Part shown: positions 1 to 9,171 of the stretch, piece by piece
Layout of the letters: each line of letters opens with the position of its first letter
Numbering within the stretch: position 1 is the first letter of the stretch
Notes under the pieces: generated by a model
Database searches by the model: none
What the model was told of the DNA's origin: nothing
What the model saw: the letters and a program-made list of their open reading frames with translations, nothing else
Origin: an uncultured bacterium
GTDB taxonomy: Bacteria; Patescibacteriota; Minisyncoccia; Phycocordibacterales; PALSA-1337
Length of the DNA: 64,000 nucleotides
Assembly (NCBI GenBank): GCA_903872035.1
Contig: CAIQIZ010000022.1
Coordinates: 5,156 to 69,155, forward strand
Reading direction: 5' to 3'
Position numbers and translations under genes: made by a program

Positions 1-76
1 TAGAATATACACAGCACTCTGAAATACTCGAAGTGCAAAACGTGGCTAATTACCCCGTAGAAAGTGAAAAAATAGT

Positions 77-1162
77 ATGAATAGACTCCTAGCTCCGTTG
101 GACGTTCAGTTAGAAGTAACTGAGCGTTGTAATCAGAATTGTAAACATTGTTACAACTACTGGCGCCATGAACTACTCCAGCCCGTAGGCGAACTGGAAT
201 CAGCGGGATTCATGTCGGTCATCGAGCAAGCATCAGCAGCAAATGTTGGAACGATCACTTTTACAGGCGGCGAACCCTTGCTCCGTAGATCCATAGTACT
301 TGATCTAATTGCATGCGCGCATTCAAATGGTATAGAGACTGGCTTGAATAGCAATGCGACACTCATTGATCTCTGTACGGCCAAAGATTTGGCTGAATCC
401 GGACTTGACCACGCTCTCATCTCGTTACTGGGACCCAGAGATATCCATAATGATATCGGTGGTGGAGCTTGCGATTTCGATCTGACCCTATCAGGTATGC
501 GGAATCTCAAGGAATCAGGAATATCCACTTCTGTGAATATGGTGGTGTCGAAATTAAGTCTCGCGTATTTGCGACGAACGGCGCTTATCGCCAAGGAAAT
601 CGGTGCGGATACGTTCTGTGCCGGTCCGATGATACCGTCATGTCGCCAGAATATCCCTCTATGCCTTTCACCTTCGGAATGTATTCAGTGCCTGCGTGAA
701 CTGATCGCCGTCGGTAAGGAATTAGACATGAGGGTCGATGTTCTCGAGCCTCTGCCCCGTTGCATATTTAGCGCCGATAATGAAGCGGAATTCATGGGGC
801 TGTTTGGAAACAGAATCTGTTCTGCGGCTGTTTCCTCTTGCGCCATCTCAGCATCAGGGATCATGAGACCATGCATACATTCGGACGTCTGCTATGGCAG
901 CGTTCTTCCAGACAAGTTTGTCGTGGTCTGGGCCGCAATGTCGGAGTGGTCCTCGCCGGAAATCTTTCCGCCAGAATGTCGTAAATGCAATGCCTTAATG
1001 GTTTGTGAAGCAGGATGTCGAATGTCTGCAAAGGTTTGTTCGGGTAGCTACGGTGGTAAAGACCTGTATATGACCGAACCTATCATGGATGTCGCTAGGG
1101 CTTCTCTCCGACGCGATCGCCCACTTGTCATAACGATCGGTCCTGATGACCGCAATAGCTAA
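77..1162 (+). CDS. Radical SAM enzyme with C-terminal SPASM (Cys-rich auxiliary Fe-S cluster) domain; peptide/protein-modifying maturase type
   Basis: CxxxCxxC radical-SAM motif 'CNQNCKHC' near the N-terminus and 'GGEPLL' SAM-binding glycine motif. C-terminal third has many spaced Cys (CRQNIPLC...CIQC...CEAGCRMSAKVC) as in SPASM/twitch domains. The start ATG overlaps the TGA of an upstream ORF that runs off the window start (frame 3, ...EYTQHSEILEVQNVANYPVESEKIV*). Confidence 0.8.
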   Translation: MNRLLAPLDVQLEVTERCNQNCKHCYNYWRHELLQPVGELESAGFMSVIEQASAANVGTITFTGGEPLLRRSIVLDLIACAHSNGIETGLNSNATLIDLCTAKDLAESGLDHALISLLGPRDIHNDIGGGACDFDLTLSGMRNLKESGISTSVNMVVSKLSLAYLRRTALIAKEIGADTFCAGPMIPSCRQNIPLCLSPSECIQCLRELIAVGKELDMRVDVLEPLPRCIFSADNEAEFMGLFGNRICSAAVSSCAISASGIMRPCIHSDVCYGSVLPDKFVVVWAAMSEWSSPEIFPPECRKCNALMVCEAGCRMSAKVCSGSYGGKDLYMTEPIMDVARASLRRDRPLVITIGPDDRNS

Positions 1163-1170
1163 TAATAAAC

Positions 1171-2437
1171 TGCAACCATAGTCCGTTAGGATTTTTCTCC
1201 TGATTTTTCAGGATTTTGGCTTCCGTGTTTCCTCTGCACATCATACAGCACGGCTCGAAGCCTCTCAATCTCTTTTAGTAAAACTGCCGGATTAAGTGTC
1301 GCGTGTTCCTTACGTAGTTTTTCTTTAACTTCCTCGGAAATCTTCGGGTGTTCCAACACTCGTTGGTATGGGGTCTTGGGAACTTTTTCGTATACTTTTT
1401 TGTACTTCGATCCGATCCTCACCTTCTCAATGCATTTTCTTGAAGGAATGAAATGATTCAGGTATGGGCAAAGCACCGCATACAAATTGTTCAAAGCGGG
1501 AACTGCTTCTTTGCAATCCAGTCGAATATATCCAACGTATTTTCTGACAATGTGGCCGTTTCTTTCTTCAACATACGCATTGTCATTCTTGTGATTCGGT
1601 CTACTTCTGGTCATCTTAATATCATTGGTATCACAATATCTTTTGCAAAGCCAGTTGATGAATTCGCTACCAGTATCAGGGTGAATTGAACACAGCGAGA
1701 AAGGAAGGCTACCCTTGATATTTATGAGGCTTGCTACAGTCGCTTCTTGGCCTTTGTTCCACTGTGCCCGAGCAATGTCCCACAAGACTGGAATATCAAT
1801 GTAATTAAGGGTATATACGAAGTCTCCGAGCAATGTAGAACCGCAATGTGCTACGGTATCGATCTGACCGCTTCCTGGCAATTTATTTTCCCACGGTCCG
1901 GTGAAGACCGGAATGATGTGCTTCAAATTCGATGGTGAAGTGAGTGAGAATCCACGACCTTTTCTTCGTGCCTTCAAAAACTCACCAACCCTTGCTTTCA
2001 TCGTGGCCATACTCATGGCCAAGAGTTTGCCAGTGGCTTCATCCGAATTTTCCCACATCTTTGCACGTCGGAGGATGTTCACGTATTCGCTTACCATCGG
2101 AAAAAGCAATTCGCCACATAGCTCGTTACCGGCTTCCCAGACATCTTTCAAGGCGGCGACCACATCGGATGTGTAATACACCTTCCGGCCCCTTGATTCT
2201 GCGGCGCAAGGATCTTTTCCTTGGAGATTGCTAAACTTGCGGATCGCGGCTTTACGATTCATACGCACCGCTTCACAGACTAGATCGAGTATTCTAGTCA
2301 AAATTGACCTTTTTCGATCAGCTCTGGCTTTGAAGTATTCATCCTTGTAGCGCTCAAATATTTGATTTTTTGTTTCCATGTTCATATGGAAACTACGGTA
2401 ACCTATTTATTAGCTATCCACTCGGATTATGGTTGCA
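1171..2437 (-). mobile_element. Insertion sequence, about 1.27 kb, single rve-type DDE transposase gene, flanked by 15-bp terminal inverted repeats
   Basis: Left end 1171-1185 is 'TGCAACCATAGTCCG'. The right end 2423-2437 reads as its reverse complement 'TGCAACCATAATCCG' (14/15 match). These repeats bracket the transposase ORF 1186..2385 exactly. No clear target-site duplication was seen. Confidence 0.6.
1186..2385 (-). CDS. DDE transposase with integrase-core (rve) domain and N-terminal HTH
   Basis: rve catalytic region 'DTVAHCG...HPDTGSEFINW...SRPNHKNDNAYVEERNG' carries the D, D and E-bearing motifs typical of the IS3/IS481 retroviral-integrase superfamily. The N-terminus is a basic helix-rich (HTH-like) region. 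Confidence 0.8.
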   Translation of the reverse strand: MNMETKNQIFERYKDEYFKARADRKRSILTRILDLVCEAVRMNRKAAIRKFSNLQGKDPCAAESRGRKVYYTSDVVAALKDVWEAGNELCGELLFPMVSEYVNILRRAKMWENSDEATGKLLAMSMATMKARVGEFLKARRKGRGFSLTSPSNLKHIIPVFTGPWENKLPGSGQIDTVAHCGSTLLGDFVYTLNYIDIPVLWDIARAQWNKGQEATVASLINIKGSLPFSLCSIHPDTGSEFINWLCKRYCDTNDIKMTRSRPNHKNDNAYVEERNGHIVRKYVGYIRLDCKEAVPALNNLYAVLCPYLNHFIPSRKCIEKVRIGSKYKKVYEKVPKTPYQRVLEHPKISEEVKEKLRKEHATLNPAVLLKEIERLRAVLYDVQRKHGSQNPEKSGEKS

Positions 2438-2488
2438 TTTATTTTTAGCTATATCGCCGTCTTTACCGATTTTATTTATAATTATATA

Positions 2489-3169
2489 ATGACCCCAATG
2501 AACTCAATCATCGTAAATTGGTCAGGAGAAGACAAAAAGGCGTTGGAATCCATAGCTTCTCGTATTTCGGCTGAATTGAATGATGTTCTCAAAATGGGGG
2601 ATCGTCCGCCTCTGACGATCACTATCCATGATTCGAGAGATAGCTATGAGAAGCGGCTCAATAAGAAGACAGAGACATGGGAAGTCGGCAACGCTTCACG
2701 TGATGGTCAGATTGATATCCTTCATCCCGATGCATTTGAAAAATATTCGACGCACAAGAAAGGTGAATTTTCATCGATCTTGAAACATGAAGTCGTTCAT
2801 GTTTATCTCAGAGCCCTGGCAGAGGATCACTATATACCGCATTGGCTCAATGAAGGTCTGGCGAATTATCTAACGCATCAGGAAGGTTCTCATGGCGAAC
2901 TCGCTCCGCTATTCATCGAATCGAATTTTACCACTAAACTCTCGTCTGGCTATGATTGGGATGCCAGAGTGAAGTACGGCGCCTATTTGCTAGCGCGTTT
3001 GTTCACAAAATACCTGATCGATAAGTTTACTTTTGATAAAGTCATAGAACTAGTCAAAGATCTCGATAAGAATTTTTATGAGCCGTCGTTCAGAACGAAA
3101 TTCCGAAATCATTTTAATGTAGATCTAAGTGAGGCTGAGAATAGCTTTGTGATGGAGATAAACAAGTAA
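2489..3169 (+). CDS. Hypothetical zinc-metallopeptidase-like protein (HExxH followed by EGLAxY, peptidase-MA-like)
   Basis: 'LKHEVVHVYL...HWLNEGLANYL' is HExxH plus a downstream Glu in an EGLA-Y context, as in the peptidase MA (PF13485-like) family. The track ORF starts at 2429 inside the IS inverted repeat; the likely start is the ATG at 2489 (MTPMNS...). Confidence 0.4.
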   Translation: MTPMNSIIVNWSGEDKKALESIASRISAELNDVLKMGDRPPLTITIHDSRDSYEKRLNKKTETWEVGNASRDGQIDILHPDAFEKYSTHKKGEFSSILKHEVVHVYLRALAEDHYIPHWLNEGLANYLTHQEGSHGELAPLFIESNFTTKLSSGYDWDARVKYGAYLLARLFTKYLIDKFTFDKVIELVKDLDKNFYEPSFRTKFRNHFNVDLSEAENSFVMEINK

Positions 3170-3422
3170 ATTCCTTTGAATATTCACTGAATAGTGCAAA
3201 CGGCGAAGAAGGTTTTTTACACTTTACGAATCACCTAAAGAATGGTATCGTTATCCCGTATGACAACATACACCACAACTGCACAGTCCATGTATCCGAT
3301 CACCAATAAGCTTGTTGGTACCGGCGTTTTTGCCGATTGCCGCAACAGCTATATTTTGTGCAGCCGAGGTATGACTTTCTCTATTTCCATCTAACAGAGT
3401 CCAATCATCTCATTCAAGGAAT

Positions 3423-3457
3423 ATCCCGGCTGAACGAAAGCCGGGATTTTGTTTTCC
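3423..3457 (+). terminator. Rho-independent terminator hairpin
   Basis: 'CCCGGCT-GAACGAA-AGCCGGG' is a 7-bp GC stem followed by 'ATTTTGTTTTCC'. Confidence 0.5.
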
Positions 3458-3524
3458 GTGCCAACAGACAGCCTTCGGATGATTCCGGAGCATAGTACAT
3501 TAACACCAAAATAGAATAGGATAT

Positions 3525-4139
3525 ATGAAAAAGAGCAAAACAGTTAGGATAATCAAGGGCAGTATAGGTATCATCGCCTTTCTCAAAGGCAAGAGAGTGA
3601 CTCTGCGGCCAGTCTCAGAAAAAGATATTCCACTTTTTCTGCGCTGGTTCAATGATCCGGAAGTCCGGCAATTCATTACGACAATATTCCCGGTCACGGA
3701 AGCCGGTGAACGTGAATGGGTAGAGGGCTTGACCAAGAAGTCGTCTACGGATGTCGTACTCGTGATCGAAGTCAAAGGAGTTCCGATAGGGACTATGGGA
3801 CTTCATCGCATCAATTGGCAGGATCGCACGGCTACGACAGGAGCGGTCATCGGAGATAAGAGATATTGGAACAAAGGTTATGGCACGGACGCCAAAATGG
3901 TCCTGCTCGACTATGCCTTCAACACTCTGAATCTCCGCAAGATCATGTCCACGGCCATTGCGTTCAATAGACGAAGTGTAGCTTATAGCCAGAAGTGTGG
4001 TTATAAAATTGAGGCCACGCTCTCGAGCCAGCATTTCAGGAATGGTCGTTATTGGGACGAGATCATTCTCGGCCTGTTCAAAGAGCAATGGCTTCCGTAC
4101 TGGCAGAAGTATTGCCAGAAAAGCGCCCGAAACTCATAA
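3525..4139 (+). CDS. GNAT family N-acetyltransferase (RimJ/RimL-like)
   Basis: Acetyl-CoA binding region 'VIGDKRYWNKGYGTDAKMVLLDYAFNTLNLRKI' matches GNAT motif A. 204 aa. Confidence 0.75.
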   Translation: MKKSKTVRIIKGSIGIIAFLKGKRVTLRPVSEKDIPLFLRWFNDPEVRQFITTIFPVTEAGEREWVEGLTKKSSTDVVLVIEVKGVPIGTMGLHRINWQDRTATTGAVIGDKRYWNKGYGTDAKMVLLDYAFNTLNLRKIMSTAIAFNRRSVAYSQKCGYKIEATLSSQHFRNGRYWDEIILGLFKEQWLPYWQKYCQKSARNS

Positions 4140-4162
4140 TGGTCAATGATGTGACATCGTAC

Positions 4163-4194
4163 AGCGGCAGGTAATACTGCCGCTTTTGTATTTG
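4163..4194. terminator. Bidirectional rho-independent terminator between the GNAT gene (+) and the histidine kinase (-)
   Basis: 'AGCGGCAG-GTAATA-CTGCCGCT' is a perfect 8-bp stem followed by 'TTTGTATTTG'. Confidence 0.55.
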
Positions 4195-4327
4195 TCTATT
4201 TACTCAAACCGCTTGGATATCCAAAAGATAACATAGAGCGCCAGCATAGTTTTCCAAGCAAGATAGATAAAGATCACCATGATCGCGCCCAAAACGAGAG
4301 CCAATGGGACCATTAATATAGTATTGG

Positions 4328-5995
4328 TCATATTGTAGAAATAGGTAGATTTATCATCACTCTCGCCCCTGCGTCTTTTCCATCCGACTCGATCCCAAAT
4401 GTTCCGTGATGCGCTTTTATGATCGCCTTGGCAACAGAAAGGCCGACGCCCATGCCGATCTTGTTAACCTTGCGCGCATTTTCGCCCCGGTAGAACAGGG
4501 TAGAACCGATCTTGGAGACTTCTTCCGAGGAAATGCCAATGCCAGAATTTTCTATGATCAAACTGAATCGACCATTGACTACCTGTGTGGAAATTTTGAT
4601 ATGACCACCGTCGTGATTGTAGGTGATAGCGTTTTCCATAATGATGAGCAAGATATCGCGCATTTTACCGAAGTCGATCATCAATTCTGGCCAAGCGGAT
4701 TCATCAGGCTGATAGCTGACCGTGATGTGTCTACGCTCAATTTCTGTTTTAAGCACAAGAAGGATCTCCTCGATCGCCGGTTTCAAGCTGTTACGCGAAG
4801 GGGTCAGGATGTTCTGTCCCGGCTTCATTGTTGTGATGTTCAGAAAATCGTCAATGATGTGGTTCAGCCGCGAGGTTGCTGTTTGAGCTTGGCCTGCGGC
4901 TACCTTCAGTTTCTGAGTGGTTTTGCCACAATCGCCATCTAGCATTGATCCAAGCTCTCGTTCTATGGTCGTGACCGGTGTGCGCAGGTGATGTTGGGTG
5001 ATCATGATGAACTGATTCTTGGCCTCATTCAACTTCTCCAGTTCCCGTCGCGCTTCTTTCTCCAAATCGTATGCTGTGCGTATCTCGTTCGTCTGTTCTG
5101 CCACCTTTTCGGCCAAATGCAGGTTGAGGTCTGCTAGCTGTTCCCGTTGCTTCGATTCGCGCAAAGTGCCGCGGACTAGGTAGATGGCCAGTATCAGAAA
5201 GACTATGAATGTCCCTACATCTTCCCATACACCCCACGGAGTATTGATGAATATGTTGATAAAGAAGATGGCCGTCATGGCTATGGCCAATACTTCGGTG
5301 ATGACCGCACGTACATCCATCTGGCGGTACTTTAGGATCGAGTAGGCGATGATGAAGACCCAGATGGCACTACTGATAGGCCCTAACCAGTTTAACGAGT
5401 AATATCCAAATGTCGGTAAAACGATGTTAACTAATGTTGGAGGGATAATTCCAAAAATCAGTGCCCATAACATTGTTTTCATGTTTGCCCTAAGCATTCC
5501 CGAAGATTTTGTTAATGTCCTGAAGATGTTCTTTATGGAGAGAAACCAAATTAAAATGAATATACAGTCAAAAAGTACATGTAGCGGACCAAAAGTCCAT
5601 GCCCATCGGCCGTTGCCGCCTATCTCATAGACGCCAGTGTTAAGATAAGCGGTAAATTCAAACAAATACGTGAATATCAGGACGATAAATATCGATAATG
5701 TAATCTTTGTTGATGATACAGGGGTGTCGTATGGGTAAATAACAGAGAATTGGTAGAATCCTAAAGCGATGATAATTCCGAGTATAGATTGAATTCTAAT
5801 GACCGAATCAGCAAGTAATGGAAGAGGCGTAATTATTAGAAAACCTTGAGATGCCACCCATATGGCTGTTATAAAAGTTAAAGCTGCAAATACCTTCGAT
5901 GACCGATTTTGACTCCCCATAAGTATTACAATGTCGAGACTACCTATTAGAATAGCGGTAACCCAAATTATGGAAGCAAAAATACTTATTTCCAT
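4328..5995 (-). CDS. Sensor histidine kinase with multi-pass membrane N-terminal sensor region
   Basis: N-terminal ~280 aa is highly hydrophobic, with about 8 predicted TM segments. H-box 'ITQHHLRTPVTTI', N-box 'IIMENAITYN' and G-boxes 'GIGIS...GMGVGLSVAKAIIKAHHG' of HisKA + HATPase_c follow. Confidence 0.85.
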   Translation of the reverse strand: MEISIFASIIWVTAILIGSLDIVILMGSQNRSSKVFAALTFITAIWVASQGFLIITPLPLLADSVIRIQSILGIIIALGFYQFSVIYPYDTPVSSTKITLSIFIVLIFTYLFEFTAYLNTGVYEIGGNGRWAWTFGPLHVLFDCIFILIWFLSIKNIFRTLTKSSGMLRANMKTMLWALIFGIIPPTLVNIVLPTFGYYSLNWLGPISSAIWVFIIAYSILKYRQMDVRAVITEVLAIAMTAIFFINIFINTPWGVWEDVGTFIVFLILAIYLVRGTLRESKQREQLADLNLHLAEKVAEQTNEIRTAYDLEKEARRELEKLNEAKNQFIMITQHHLRTPVTTIERELGSMLDGDCGKTTQKLKVAAGQAQTATSRLNHIIDDFLNITTMKPGQNILTPSRNSLKPAIEEILLVLKTEIERRHITVSYQPDESAWPELMIDFGKMRDILLIIMENAITYNHDGGHIKISTQVVNGRFSLIIENSGIGISSEEVSKIGSTLFYRGENARKVNKIGMGVGLSVAKAIIKAHHGTFGIESDGKDAGARVMINLPISTI

Positions 5996-6047
5996 ATTAA
6001 CAATGAATATGCTTTGTAGTGCCGCAATAATAGCATTTATATAGTAG

Positions 6048-6839
6048 ATGTCACGGACAAAGAATGATATAATATTTGAAACTATCGTGAAAATACTTCG
6101 GAAATTGAAAATTTCTTCTACAGGTGTTCAGAAAACTATTTATTTTGGTATCGCGGATACAAAAGAAGAATTCAACGATGTGTACAGGTTAAGATACCAA
6201 GTTTATGTTAAACATGGATATATCGATGCGTCAAAATACGAGAACAATCTAGAAATTGATTCTAATGACACGTTGGGACTGTGTAAGTATTTTATTGCAA
6301 TTATTGACAATAAAATGATTGGCTGCATAAGACTTATCGTTAGCGATCCATTACCGACTGAAACGTATTTCGATTACTGTGAACCATCAGAAATCAAGTC
6401 GGTGCCTAGAAATGAAAGATGCGAGTTAGGGCGCTTTATAATCATTCCGCCAAATAGGGAAAAGGGTGAATACTTGCCAAGAGGACTAGTGATGTTGTTT
6501 TTGATAGATATTCTCAGCGCGTATGGACTACAGAATAAATTATTCGGCGGTTATTCGTTCATCAAGAAAAGCTTGGAAATTAAAATGGACAAAATGAAAA
6601 TGCCAATTCGCAGAATTGCAGATTTCAAAGAGAAATATCCTACTAATGGCGATCTTTATCGATATTTTTCTCAACCGGATGATGTTGTTGTTCCGGTATA
6701 TTTTCTCACGAAAGAATTTTACGAATTTTCACAGAGGCACATTCATAATAGTCTTATGTTCAAGAATGAGGGGGAGAACTGTCTCATTTTGCGAGAGAAT
6801 CTGTATACTAAATTTCTCCACTCTTTGAAGATACTATGA
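6048..6839 (+). CDS. Putative N-acyltransferase of the autoinducer-synthase (LuxI/FeeM N-acyl amino acid synthase) fold
   Basis: 'YRLRYQVYVKHGY' resembles the conserved R..(V/Y)F...GW block of LuxI/FeeM-type acyltransferases. 'ERCELGRFII' matches the E-x-S/G-R-F/L active-site strand. 263 aa. Its stop overlaps the start of the downstream methyltransferase (ATGA). Confidence 0.5.
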   Translation: MSRTKNDIIFETIVKILRKLKISSTGVQKTIYFGIADTKEEFNDVYRLRYQVYVKHGYIDASKYENNLEIDSNDTLGLCKYFIAIIDNKMIGCIRLIVSDPLPTETYFDYCEPSEIKSVPRNERCELGRFIIIPPNREKGEYLPRGLVMLFLIDILSAYGLQNKLFGGYSFIKKSLEIKMDKMKMPIRRIADFKEKYPTNGDLYRYFSQPDDVVVPVYFLTKEFYEFSQRHIHNSLMFKNEGENCLILRENLYTKFLHSLKIL

Positions 6840-7549
6840 AAACGTTAGGATCTAATTTCTGGAAGAAATATTTTCAAGTATATGATGCTTTGAATGAGCT
6901 GATCCCGTATTCTGCATTACTAAGTACTATCGTTGAGATGCTTGACATACATGATGGGGATACAGTTTTAGATGCTGGATCGGGGACCGGCAATTTGTCC
7001 ATTCTCATAACTCAAGCTGGTGGGAAGGTTGTTGCCTTTGATTCGTCTCAAGAAGGTATGGCTCTTCATAGATGTAAACAACCGACGGCGATACTGATTA
7101 ATGGTGACTTGATGAATCCTCTACCATTCGATAATTCTTCTTTCAACAAGATTTGTTCAAATAATGTGATTTATACTATTCCCAAAAAATACCGGGAGTC
7201 GCTTTTTCGTGAGTTTTATCGAATATTAAGGCCCGGGGGTATCATCGTTGTGTCGAATATCCGTCGTAACTTTTCGCCGACTTCTATCTATGGTGATCAT
7301 GTTAGATCAAGTATCAGACTTTACGGGTTATGGCGAACCACGTGCAATGTGGTCAAGTTGCTGTTTCCAATAATTCGAATATTCTATTATAATTTACGAA
7401 TTCAAAGTGCGAATCATTTCCATTCATATTCATTTATTGATTCAGGTGAACAACACAGTATGTTAGAACTTGCCGGCTTTGCGGACATTTCTCAGGACTA
7501 CAAAGTATATTCAGATCAGGCGATATTAAATCGAGCAATAAAAAGATAG
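6836..7549 (+). CDS. Class I SAM-dependent methyltransferase
   Basis: Motif I 'VLDAGSGTGNLS', motif post-I 'VVAFD' and motif II-like 'IIVVSN'. Translationally coupled to the upstream acyltransferase gene. Confidence 0.8.
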   Translation: MKTLGSNFWKKYFQVYDALNELIPYSALLSTIVEMLDIHDGDTVLDAGSGTGNLSILITQAGGKVVAFDSSQEGMALHRCKQPTAILINGDLMNPLPFDNSSFNKICSNNVIYTIPKKYRESLFREFYRILRPGGIIVVSNIRRNFSPTSIYGDHVRSSIRLYGLWRTTCNVVKLLFPIIRIFYYNLRIQSANHFHSYSFIDSGEQHSMLELAGFADISQDYKVYSDQAILNRAIKR

Positions 7550-7554
7550 AATCC

Positions 7555-9159
7555 ATGGCAAATTTCAGTATCTCAATATTGTCCGTTGTAGTAGTTGCAA
7601 ACATAATTTTAGGCTTGGTTATTTTTTCGCGCGGATTAAGATCGTTTACCAATATTATTTTCGGACTCATTTCAATTGCGTCCGCACTCTGGGGCTTAGC
7701 GATTATAGGATTCTATAGTGATATCTACCATTTTACTTTGAATTGGGTTGTATTTACGCATTCACTAGCACTACTCATCCCATTTTTATTCCTATGCTTT
7801 TCATTGTATTTTCCCAAAAAACTTACATATAGTTCGGTGGTTATCGGTATCGCTACGATTCCGCTACTGATTTTTGAAGGGCTTATAGTATACGGCCATA
7901 CTGTCGTTGGTCTAACTCATAATGAGGTCTACGAACTTGGATTAATGTATCCTTACTTTTCAATCACTCTTGTGTCATTCTTCATAGCTGGATTTATATT
8001 TTCTTTTGTCCAATCAAAACGTGCGAAGGATTCCACTGAGAAGAAGCAAGCTGAGTATGTCCTTATCGGATCATTTATTGCATCAACATTGGCAATAATT
8101 CCTGACCTAATTTTGCCATATCTCCACATGTTTCAATATACATGGCTTGGTCCAATATTTACATTAATTATGGTTGTCTCTCTGTTCTTGGCTATGTTCA
8201 AATATCACTTGTTCAATGTAAAAGTCATTTTGACGGAAATTGTAAGTATTGTGATTGTGGTTGCGTTGCTTATCGAATTGCTAACCGCGCAAACTATTTC
8301 TGAAATAATACTAAAAGCGGTCGTTCTCGTAATTGTAACTATATTTGCCTATATTCTTATACTCGGTGTCTACCGCGAAATCGCACAACGCGAAAAGATC
8401 GAGCTTTTGGCGAAAGATCTACAAAAAGCCAATGATCGGTTGAAGGAATTGGATAAACAAAAGTCTGAATTCATCTCATTCGCATCGCACCAGCTGAGGG
8501 GACCGCTCACGGCCATGAAGGGTTACGGATCATTGCTGTTGGAAGGCGATATGGGAGCTCTCACGAAGGAGGCGCATGAGGGGGTGAGGAGGATATTCGA
8601 TTCGACCAACACCTTGGTACACATAGTTGACGATTATCTGAATATCAGCCGCATAGAATTGGGCACGATGAAATACATATTCGAGAAGATCGACCTTCGA
8701 GACCTGGTTGACGATGTGATCGCCGAATTGGCACCGACTATCAATAACGCGCCGATAAGCTTCGCCTTCGCACCAGAAGAGACGAGCAAAAAATATATGA
8801 TCTCGGCCGATCGCGACAAACTGAAACAGGTGATATCCAATTTGATAGACAATTCCTTGAAGTATACTCCATCAGGAAAGATTGGAGTGACGCTTTCCAC
8901 CGACAAGGTGAGTGGTAAGTACGTATTCAAGATCAAAGATACGGGCATAGGGATCTCTTCCGAGACTTTGCCCCATCTATTCCAGAAATTCAGTCGAGCT
9001 ACCAATGCCAATAAGACCAATATCAAGGGCACAGGCCTGGGTCTATTCGTGGCAAAGCAGATGGTCGAGGCCAATCACGGAACTATTCATGCCGAATCTG
9101 ATGGTGAAGGCAAAGGTTCGACATTCGTGGTGGAGCTGGAGCCGCTTGCGGAAATGTGA
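7555..9159 (+). CDS. Sensor histidine kinase with multi-pass membrane N-terminal sensor region (paralog-like to 4328..5995)
   Basis: About 7-8 hydrophobic helices in the first ~270 aa, then a coiled-coil linker. H-box 'FASHQLRGPLTAM', N-box 'NLIDNSLKYT', G-boxes 'DTGIGIS...GTGLGLFVAKQMVEANHG'. Starts 6 nt after the methyltransferase stop. Confidence 0.85.
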   Translation: MANFSISILSVVVVANIILGLVIFSRGLRSFTNIIFGLISIASALWGLAIIGFYSDIYHFTLNWVVFTHSLALLIPFLFLCFSLYFPKKLTYSSVVIGIATIPLLIFEGLIVYGHTVVGLTHNEVYELGLMYPYFSITLVSFFIAGFIFSFVQSKRAKDSTEKKQAEYVLIGSFIASTLAIIPDLILPYLHMFQYTWLGPIFTLIMVVSLFLAMFKYHLFNVKVILTEIVSIVIVVALLIELLTAQTISEIILKAVVLVIVTIFAYILILGVYREIAQREKIELLAKDLQKANDRLKELDKQKSEFISFASHQLRGPLTAMKGYGSLLLEGDMGALTKEAHEGVRRIFDSTNTLVHIVDDYLNISRIELGTMKYIFEKIDLRDLVDDVIAELAPTINNAPISFAFAPEETSKKYMISADRDKLKQVISNLIDNSLKYTPSGKIGVTLSTDKVSGKYVFKIKDTGIGISSETLPHLFQKFSRATNANKTNIKGTGLGLFVAKQMVEANHGTIHAESDGEGKGSTFVVELEPLAEM

Positions 9160-9171
9160 TGTTATAGTACG

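Noticed and set aside
469-876. Small ORFs 469..699 (+) and 685..876 (-) inside the radical SAM gene
   Set aside because: Embedded in a well-supported longer CDS.
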